From NCBI GenBank assembly GCA_036353375.1, contig JAZBPS010000429.1:4245-68244 (forward strand): a stretch of 64,000 nt of DNA, written 5' to 3'. The notes under the pieces are model-generated. The model saw only the letters and a list, made by a program, of their open reading frames with translations, was not told the DNA's origin and made no database searches. The stretch is from Halieaceae bacterium (GTDB lineage Bacteria > Pseudomonadota > Gammaproteobacteria > Pseudomonadales > Halieaceae). Shown here one piece after another: positions 57,247-64,000 of this stretch; the first letter of the stretch is position 1; each line of letters begins with the position of its first letter. The position numbers were made by a program, and so were the translations under genes.

Positions 57247-58016
57247 CCAGCGCGATTTACGAGGGCTGGCTGCGCCATCGACGCAGCTCGCCGAAGGCCC
57301 ACGACTTCAAGTATCGCGTGTTCATGCCCTTTTTGCGTCTGGATGAGCTGCCGGCGCTGTTTGACAGCAGCTTGCTGTGGTCAGCCAGGGGCCCCGCCCT
57401 GGCGAGATTCAAGCGCAGCGACTTTTTTGGCGATCCGGGAAAACCTTTGGACGAGGCGGTGCGGGACCGGGTGCTGGAAGAAACCGGCGAGCGGCCCGAG
57501 GGGCCGATCTACCTGCTGGCGAACCTGCGTTACTTCGGCTTTATCACCAACCCCATCGCCTGCTACTACTGCTACGATAAAGACGGCGAAACACTGCGGT
57601 TCATTCTTGCAGAGGTCACCAACACACCGTGGAACGAACGCCATAGCTATATACTGCGTACACCGGCGGACGGTGGTTGGTTGCGCACGGAATTCGACAA
57701 GTCGTTTCATGTATCGCCCTTCCACCCAATGGACATGCAGTATCACTGGCACAGCAATGCGCCCGGGGAGAAAATCTGCCTGCACCTTGCCAATCACCGG
57801 GAAGGAGAGCGGGTGTTTGATGCCACCCTGTCTCTGCAGCGACGCGAGATCAGCCCGGCCGTCCTGCGCCGGTTCCTGTGGCGCTACCCGGTGATGACCT
57901 GCAAGGTGATTGCTGCCATCTACTGGGAGGCGTTGAAGATCTGGCTGAAGGGCAATCCCTATCATCCACATCCTCCATCAACCACGGCAAGTACAGCGAG
58001 AGTAATCAATGAATGA
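57243..58016 (+). CDS. DUF1365 family protein
   Basis: IYEGWLRHRR...F.Y.VFM..LRLDEL start is typical of DUF1365. ATGA overlap with the upstream gene. Confidence 0.7.
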   Translation: MTSAIYEGWLRHRRSSPKAHDFKYRVFMPFLRLDELPALFDSSLLWSARGPALARFKRSDFFGDPGKPLDEAVRDRVLEETGERPEGPIYLLANLRYFGFITNPIACYYCYDKDGETLRFILAEVTNTPWNERHSYILRTPADGGWLRTEFDKSFHVSPFHPMDMQYHWHSNAPGEKICLHLANHREGERVFDATLSLQRREISPAVLRRFLWRYPVMTCKVIAAIYWEALKIWLKGNPYHPHPPSTTASTARVINE

Positions 58017-59265
58017 CGCCAGCGTACGCGCAATACGGCTGCCGCAAGTCAAGGGCAGCGGAATCGGCAACGCCATGGCCCGCAAGGCCATGCACCGGCT
58101 GCTGAACAGCCTGCAAATCGGCGCAATGATTGTGCACGAAGGCCAGGACACGCTGACGTTTGGGGAGCCAGGCAAACCCGGTGAACCCCAGGCGGAGGTG
58201 TTCGTTCACAGCGCCGATGTATACCAGAAAGTCCTCACCGGCGGTGCCCTGGGCTCGGGTGAGGCCTACATGCAGGGTGACTGGTCGGCCACCGATCTCA
58301 CCGAGGTGATTCGCCTGTTTACCGCCAATCTTGCGGTATTGCACGACATGAACGCGAAGAAGTCCTGGTTGCGTAAAACAGGCCTGGCCCTGGCCCACGC
58401 CCTGAACAACAACACCCTGAAGGGCTCAAAACGCAATATCTCGGCCCACTACGACCTGGGCAATGACTTTTTTGAGCTGTTCCTTGATCGCAGCATGATG
58501 TACTCATCGGCGGTGTATCCGCGGCCGGACGCGGACCTGGAAGAGGCCGCGGCGCATAAGCTGGACCTGCTTTGCCAACAGTTGGAGCTCGGCCCGGACG
58601 ACCACCTGCTGGAGATCGGCACCGGCTGGGGCGGCCTGGCAGTGCACGCCGCGAGCCATTACGGCTGCCGCGTGACGACCACCACCATTTCCCGGGAGCA
58701 GTACGAGCGCGCCTGTCGCCGGGTCAAGGAAGCGGGACTGGAGGATCGCATCACCCTGCTTTTGAAGGACTATCGCGAACTGGAGGGCCGCTACGACAAA
58801 CTGGTCTCGGTGGAGATGATCGAGGCGGTGGGCCACCAGTTCTACAGCAACTACTTCGCCAAATGCAGCGAGTTACTGAAGCCGCACGGGTTGATGGCAA
58901 TTCAGGCCATCACCATGGTGGATCAGCGCTACGAGGCATCCCGGGACGCGGTGGACTTCATCAAGCGCTACATTTTCCCGGGTGGATGCCTGCCGTCACT
59001 GGAGGTCATCACACGGCACCTGCGGCAGGATACCGACATGCAGATGGTGCACCTGCGAGACATCACTGAACACTACGCGGACACCCTCGCCGACTGGCGC
59101 CGGCGCTTTTTCGAGCGCATCGAAGAAGTGCGAAGACAGGGCTTTGACGAAACCTTTATTCGTATGTGGGAGTTCTACCTGTGTTACTGCGAGGGCGGCT
59201 TCCGCGAGCGCTCCATCAGCACAGTGCAGCTTGCCTTCGCCAAACCTGGCTACCGTTTTGGCTGA
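58009..59265 (+). CDS. cfa: Cyclopropane-fatty-acyl-phospholipid synthase family SAM-dependent enzyme
   Basis: ISAHYDLGNDFFELFLD..MMYSSAVY, motif I LLEIGTGWGGLA, FIKRYIFPGGCLPS, YLCYCEGGF. Confidence 0.85.
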   Translation: MNDASVRAIRLPQVKGSGIGNAMARKAMHRLLNSLQIGAMIVHEGQDTLTFGEPGKPGEPQAEVFVHSADVYQKVLTGGALGSGEAYMQGDWSATDLTEVIRLFTANLAVLHDMNAKKSWLRKTGLALAHALNNNTLKGSKRNISAHYDLGNDFFELFLDRSMMYSSAVYPRPDADLEEAAAHKLDLLCQQLELGPDDHLLEIGTGWGGLAVHAASHYGCRVTTTTISREQYERACRRVKEAGLEDRITLLLKDYRELEGRYDKLVSVEMIEAVGHQFYSNYFAKCSELLKPHGLMAIQAITMVDQRYEASRDAVDFIKRYIFPGGCLPSLEVITRHLRQDTDMQMVHLRDITEHYADTLADWRRRFFERIEEVRRQGFDETFIRMWEFYLCYCEGGFRERSISTVQLAFAKPGYRFG

Positions 59266-59830
59266 CACACTGCTGCAAAAAGTCGGCAACGGCACGCTTT
59301 TTAACCTGAGCTGGCTGGCCATTGTGACCACCGGCTCGGTAACCATTGCAGCCGCCGTCGTGACACTGCACCTGATCGTTCACCAATTCTGGCTTGGACA
59401 CGGTCGTCGTGAACTTCTGTTCATTGCCGCAGTCAGTCTATTCGGGTTAGCGCTGGATCAGCTGCTGTTTGCACTTGGCCTGTTTACGCTGGACGGTAAG
59501 GCAGCCCTGGCGCCATTGTGGCTGACCTGCCTGTGGCCGGTGTTGGCGACAACATTGCAGCACGCCTTCGCCGGGCTGCAGCAGCACTTGCTGCTTGCCG
59601 GTGTACTCGGCGGCATAGGTGGCTATGGCAGCTATCTGGCCGGCACCAAACTGTCGGCCGTGACATTCGCTGACCCAGCCCTGGGGCCTTTTATTGTCGG
59701 CGCGATCTGGGTGCTGCTGTTCCCTGCACTGGCGTTAGCAGCCCGTTACTGGTTTTCCGACGTATCAAGAGGAAATGGAAGTCAGCAGGATGAAAACAGT
59801 GACGACAAGGGTGAACCCCAACCGGCCTAG
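59258..59830 (+). CDS. DUF2878-like integral membrane protein
   Basis: About 190 aa with five to six hydrophobic segments. TTG 59258 overlaps the cfa stop by 8 nt. Family call rests on the typical position after cfa; start codon uncertain. Confidence 0.5.
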   Translation: MADTLLQKVGNGTLFNLSWLAIVTTGSVTIAAAVVTLHLIVHQFWLGHGRRELLFIAAVSLFGLALDQLLFALGLFTLDGKAALAPLWLTCLWPVLATTLQHAFAGLQQHLLLAGVLGGIGGYGSYLAGTKLSAVTFADPALGPFIVGAIWVLLFPALALAARYWFSDVSRGNGSQQDENSDDKGEPQPA

Positions 59831-60539
59831 TCGCCTGTCGCGGATAGCGACATGCTCGTTCCTGCTTTGCCTGCCAATCGTACACGCCGTCGCTGCGGCG
59901 AGCACGACGGATGACTTGCCGGATATGTCAGCCCTCTCGCTTCCCAAACCGAAACCCGACGTGGTTGGCGAGGCGCGCGATCTCGACACGGGCGAGACCC
60001 TGTATCTGGAGCAGTATTATTGCAGTGAGAACGACAAGCAGTGCAGCGTTTTCTACGTGCGCCCTGACGCGAAAGTCATAGCACGCAAGCAACTTGACTA
60101 TCAGCCCAGCCCCAAAGCCCCCAACCTGACCTTCGAAGACTTCCGACTGGATCGTCAAATCACCATTGAAAAGCCCGACCCTGAGGCCGTGGTGGACGCG
60201 GGCTTCGACAACTTTGTGCGCTTGCAATGGGAGGACCTGACGGACGGCGAGCAAGTGCGTTTTCCGTTTCGCATGGTAGGGCGGGATGAGCCTATCAGCA
60301 TGCGCGCCAGTCGCAGCGATGAATGTGAACAGGACAAGCTGTGTCTGCAGATTCGGCTCGATTCCTGGTTACTGGGCAGCTTCCTTGATCCCATTCGCCT
60401 GGTGTACGACAAGGACTCCCAGCGGCTGCTGCGCTTCAGGGGAATCAGCAACCTGAGAACGGCCGAAGGCCGCACCCAGAAAGTCGATATTACCTACAGA
60501 TACCCCGATCAGACTGACACGCCAACCGGCAATCCCTAG
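59790..60539 (+). CDS. Hypothetical exported protein with two CxxDKxC-type motifs
   Basis: ATG 59790 gives a basic n-region plus hydrophobic core (CSFLLCLPIVHAVAAAS). No recognised family. Overlaps the preceding gene. Confidence 0.55.
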   Translation: MKTVTTRVNPNRPSRLSRIATCSFLLCLPIVHAVAAASTTDDLPDMSALSLPKPKPDVVGEARDLDTGETLYLEQYYCSENDKQCSVFYVRPDAKVIARKQLDYQPSPKAPNLTFEDFRLDRQITIEKPDPEAVVDAGFDNFVRLQWEDLTDGEQVRFPFRMVGRDEPISMRASRSDECEQDKLCLQIRLDSWLLGSFLDPIRLVYDKDSQRLLRFRGISNLRTAEGRTQKVDITYRYPDQTDTPTGNP

Positions 60540-62806
60540 GTAAGCTCATAGGACCACCAGGGCGGCAGCAGCGCGCGGTAGGAAGGGTCGGCAAAGCGCG
60601 GGTCTATCAGCAGCGCGCTGCCTCTGTCCTGCTCCGACCGCACCACTCTACCCAGCGCCTGGGCCACTTTTTGCAGGCCCGGGTACATATAGGCAAATTC
60701 GAAGCCGTGCCCATGGCGGGACTGGAAATAGTGCCGCAACACCTCGCGCTCGCGATTGAACTGGGGCAGGCCGGCGCCGACAATCACAACGCTGTTAAGC
60801 GCTTCGCCCGGCAGATCCACCCCCTCACCGAATACGCCACCGAGAATGCAGAACGCAACGATATCCCGCTGCCGGGACAGGTCGTCCAGCAGCGCCTGCC
60901 GGGCCGCATCATCCCAATGGCGCTGCTGTACCCGCAGATCCCGGCCATGAATCATGGGCTGGGCCGCTGACGACACCGCCTCCATATAACTGTAGGCGCT
61001 GAAATATACGAGACAGTTGCCGGGGTTATCCGCCAGCCAGTCGGCAATGCGCGCAGCCACCGCCTGCAGCGTTTTTTCACGCGCCCTGTAACGGGTGTCC
61101 AGGCCCGTACAGAGCGTCACTTTCAGCTGGGATGCCGCGAAGGGCGAGGGCAGCGACTGGTATACCGCCCGCTCCATTCCCAGTTCAGACAGCATCCAGC
61201 TTGCCGGTGATGCCGTGGCGCTGAACGCTGCTATCGATCCCGGCATCCCATGTCGCTGCCGCAGCAGGCGGGCCGGATCCAGGCAGCGCAGGCATAACGA
61301 AAGGCCCTGCTTGCTGCCATCGCGCTGTCTCTCGAAGCGGTAGTCGTCGCCCCATTGCTCCAGCACACGCTGAAACTGCAGGCAGTCAAAAAAGAACTGC
61401 AGTAATGCCGGACTGGCCTGCAGCCTTGAAGCATCCTCGCCCAGAGCCTCGCTCACGGACGAGACCACGCGACTCAATGCGAGAGACAGGTCCGGTGGAA
61501 CCGTTTCGCGGCTGTCGAACGCCGCTTCCTGCCAGGGCAGTTTGTCCAGGGCAAGCAGCACCCGGTTGAGGTTGTTCAGCGCGGTCCTGGTACTGCCGCT
61601 GGCCTCGCGTCGCGCCTGCATCAGCGCCGACTTAGCGAGCGTGGCGCTGAACATTTTACGCGCCCGGTCAGGCAGGTTATGCGCCTCATCCAGCAACAGG
61701 CTCCAGCGCAGCGCGCCAGCCTGGTAGCGAGCAGCCACGGCGGGCTGCAGGCTATAGACGTAGTGCACATCGCCGATGCACACATCCACCCAGGGCAACA
61801 GGTCCATGGCCAGCTGGTAAGGGCACACCATGTGTTCCCGGGCCAGCGCTTCCACCGCTGGGCGGTCCAGGTCGGGCTGCTCCATGGCTGCATACAGTGC
61901 CTGCGGCAAGCGGTCGTAGTAGCCCGCGGCGTAGGCACAGTCGTCTCCCTGACAGGCCTTGCCCGGCGAAAAGCAAACGCTCTCCTTTGCCGACAGGCTC
62001 AACCGGCGCAGGGCGGCGCCGGCCTGTTCCATTTGACGCAGCGCCTGCTCTGCTGACCGCCTGCCCACAGTCCGCGCGGTCGCGAAGACGATGCGCTCAT
62101 GTTTGCCGGCGCCCATTGCCTTCAGCGCCGGAAATAGTGCCGCGGCAGTTTTACCGGTACCGGTCGGGGCCTCCAGTAGCGCGCTACCGGAGGTTGCAAT
62201 GCACTTGTAAACCGTCTCCGCCATGCTGCGCTGACTGTCGCGGAACGACGAAAACGGCCAGCGCAACGCGCTCAGGCTGGCGTTGCGACGCTGCTGCCAG
62301 TCGCGTTGCAACAGAAGCCACGTGTGCATGCTGGCAACGGTTTCTGACAGGAATTCCAACAGCGCCAAACGGCTCACCGGTTCCCGCCGCTGCCACTCAG
62401 TGCCGGAATCCACGTGAAAATAGGTCAGCACCAGCGTGACGCTGTCGACGTCCTGGTTGTGGCACAGCAGCCCTCCGTAGAGCATCAACTGTGACCAGTG
62501 CACAGCCTCTACCGACGCGGGAATCATTTCCCGCTCCACCCGGCATGTCTTGATTTCCTCCAGCAAGGCCGGCGTCGCCTGGTATCCGTCGGCCCGACCG
62601 GCGACGCGCAAGCTGAATTCTCCGCACTGGATCCGGGCCTCCATGGGATGCTCGGGGATGTAATCCTTACCGCGACTTCGCTGCACACGCTGGTGACCCG
62701 CGATGCCCTCCGCGGCGCTGGGGGACGGCGTGAACCGGTAATCGATGTCACCGCTGCGATGGCAGAATTCCGCCAACTCCCGCACCGACAGATGCAGTTC
62801 AGTCAT
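60536..62806 (-). CDS. Fusion protein: N-terminal RecB/Cas4-like PD-(D/E)XK nuclease plus XPD/DinG-family Fe-S DEAH helicase
   Basis: Nuclease motifs GRADGY, LEEIKT, QLMLY; Walker A APTGTGKT; Cys cluster CFSPGKACQGDDC...VCPY; DEAH box LLDEAHNL; C-terminal helicase motifs (GVFGEGVD, QALGRVVR). Confidence 0.8.
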   Translation of the reverse strand: MTELHLSVRELAEFCHRSGDIDYRFTPSPSAAEGIAGHQRVQRSRGKDYIPEHPMEARIQCGEFSLRVAGRADGYQATPALLEEIKTCRVEREMIPASVEAVHWSQLMLYGGLLCHNQDVDSVTLVLTYFHVDSGTEWQRREPVSRLALLEFLSETVASMHTWLLLQRDWQQRRNASLSALRWPFSSFRDSQRSMAETVYKCIATSGSALLEAPTGTGKTAAALFPALKAMGAGKHERIVFATARTVGRRSAEQALRQMEQAGAALRRLSLSAKESVCFSPGKACQGDDCAYAAGYYDRLPQALYAAMEQPDLDRPAVEALAREHMVCPYQLAMDLLPWVDVCIGDVHYVYSLQPAVAARYQAGALRWSLLLDEAHNLPDRARKMFSATLAKSALMQARREASGSTRTALNNLNRVLLALDKLPWQEAAFDSRETVPPDLSLALSRVVSSVSEALGEDASRLQASPALLQFFFDCLQFQRVLEQWGDDYRFERQRDGSKQGLSLCLRCLDPARLLRQRHGMPGSIAAFSATASPASWMLSELGMERAVYQSLPSPFAASQLKVTLCTGLDTRYRAREKTLQAVAARIADWLADNPGNCLVYFSAYSYMEAVSSAAQPMIHGRDLRVQQRHWDDAARQALLDDLSRQRDIVAFCILGGVFGEGVDLPGEALNSVVIVGAGLPQFNREREVLRHYFQSRHGHGFEFAYMYPGLQKVAQALGRVVRSEQDRGSALLIDPRFADPSYRALLPPWWSYELT

Positions 62807-64000
62807 CGCGCCAGCTCACGCGGCAAAGCGAAGCGGGAATCCCCTGGGTCTTGAAAAAGCGCATCCAGCGACGCTGGTTGGCCTGCAGCTGGTCACCGGG
62901 GCCTTTCACCTCAACCAGTTGGTAGGCCTCGCCGGGGTACAGCAACAAAAGGTCCGGGAATCCGTTCCGATTGGCGTCGGGGTCGAACAGCATGCGGCGC
63001 CATATCGCCAACCAGTGTGCACGGGGGATGGTCCTGAGGGCTTTCTCGAGTACCTCCTTAAGACCTGCCCGCCAGGCCACCCAGACGTTGGTAATGCCCT
63101 GATGGCGCTGGTAGGCCGTCAGCAGACATACCGCAAGGTCGACCTGCGCCAATTCCTCCAGGCGCTGCTCAAGGGCGGTTCGGCGGGCGCGCAAAAACCG
63201 CGGACTGTGCATATCAAGCGGGGCCGCCTGGAACGGATTTACAAAGGCACCGGGCACCGGGGCGAAAATCTGCTCCCAGAAAGCCAGTCCAAAGCTCGCA
63301 TTAAACAGCAGGTTTTCCAGATGATAGGCCTCTGGCCAGCTTTGCAGGTAGTGACGCAGGGCGGCCTGCTCGACGTGGGACTGCCGTGGCAAACACAGTC
63401 TGTCCTGGGTGAAAGCGTCCCGCGGTGGCGATGCCGACGGGCGCCCCAGCCGTTTCGCCAGCGGCGGCAAACTGCGTCGCGCAAAATCCCGCTCAGCCTC
63501 ACACCATGGATCGCTTTCTATCGCTTCACAAAGCGCGTAGGCGCTTGCCGGATCGGTCGGCGCCAGCAGGCGGGCCAGGCGCTGCCGCGCGGGATGCAGG
63601 TTACAGGTCTGGTACAGCGCGCGCGCCTCTCCCAGGAAGCCCTCGCGCTCACACTGGCGAGCCAGCCGCAGGCGCAAACGGTTGCGCAGTTCCACCACGG
63701 CGGGGCCGGCCGCCGGCCCGCGCAGCCGGCGACCGAGGGCGACCAGGGTGCCGCGATCCCCGACAGCGGTGGTGTTGCGGAATATTTGCTTCAGCTGCAG
63801 CAACTCCAGATATTCATCGATCTCAGCGCGAGTGGAAAAAAGGCGGTAGTCGGGGTTCAGGGAGTAGCGCGCGTAGTTGGCGTAACCCAGGTCGCTCAGC
63901 ACAAATTCCGTGAGGTCCTGGTACCCATTGCCAAAAAACAGCAGCTGCAGCAGCGCTACCACCTCTGTGGAGGCGGGCGCCACCAGCCAGTCATCGTCGT
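62799..64000 (-). CDS. FAN1-like VRR-NUC nuclease (N-terminus outside window)
   Basis: Frame is open to the window edge. C-terminal VRR-NUC motif GFPDLLLLYPGEAYQLVEVKGPGDQLQANQRRW preceded by a helical TPR-like region. Its stop overlaps the helicase ATG by 8 nt. Confidence 0.75.
   Translation of the reverse strand, partial: DDDWLVAPASTEVVALLQLLFFGNGYQDLTEFVLSDLGYANYARYSLNPDYRLFSTRAEIDEYLELLQLKQIFRNTTAVGDRGTLVALGRRLRGPAAGPAVVELRNRLRLRLARQCEREGFLGEARALYQTCNLHPARQRLARLLAPTDPASAYALCEAIESDPWCEAERDFARRSLPPLAKRLGRPSASPPRDAFTQDRLCLPRQSHVEQAALRHYLQSWPEAYHLENLLFNASFGLAFWEQIFAPVPGAFVNPFQAAPLDMHSPRFLRARRTALEQRLEELAQVDLAVCLLTAYQRHQGITNVWVAWRAGLKEVLEKALRTIPRAHWLAIWRRMLFDPDANRNGFPDLLLLYPGEAYQLVEVKGPGDQLQANQRRWMRFFKTQGIPASLCRVSWRDD

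Overview
GC-rich, densely coding gammaproteobacterial chromosome segment with about 60 CDS. I saw no rRNA, tRNA, CRISPR array, transposase or integrase. All calls rest on reading the ORF translations for family motifs and on gene order; no searches were run.

Layout:
- 1-5.2 kb: modA(partial)-modB-modC-srkA, a hexapeptide acyltransferase, a TrmB-like methyltransferase and cysE.
- 5.2-35.6 kb: housekeeping block colinear with the Pseudomonas-type core as I recall it: hemE-gltD-gltB, aroB-aroK-pilQPONM, mrcA, malic enzyme, rpmE, priA, argS, SPOR/FtsN-like, hslVU, DUF971, ubiE-ubiJ-ubiB, hisIE, tatABC.
- 35.6-51.3 kb: accessory-looking block: EEP phosphodiesterase plus ClsB-like PLD, an ABC exporter, a hemerythrin, a lipoprotein Ntn-acylase plus a degenerate kinase-like protein, a Rap1a/Tai4-like small exported protein, a DUF2975/XRE pair, LysE plus a Tat-amidase, a serine hydrolase, a DhlA-like haloalkane dehalogenase, an exported SAM-MTase fold and a lipoprotein.
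- 51.3-54.1 kb: pntAA-pntAB-pntB.
- 54.5-60.5 kb: ChrR-type anti-sigma/ECF sigma pair, divergent from a five-gene overlapping lipid-modification operon.
- 60.5-64.0 kb: a nuclease-XPD-type helicase fusion translationally coupled to a FAN1-like VRR-NUC nuclease.

Best candidates for under-described biology:
1. The FAN1-like / RecB-nuclease-FeS-helicase operon.
2. The sigmaE/ChrR-driven operon. It has twin TGATCC-N16-CGTAA promoters and carries DUF1365, DUF2878 and an unknown exported protein next to UfaD/Cfa-like enzymes.
3. The acylase plus degenerate-kinase pair.
4. The DUF2975/mini-HTH module with an orphan Rap1a-like gene.

No single feature is demonstrably a new system from sequence alone.
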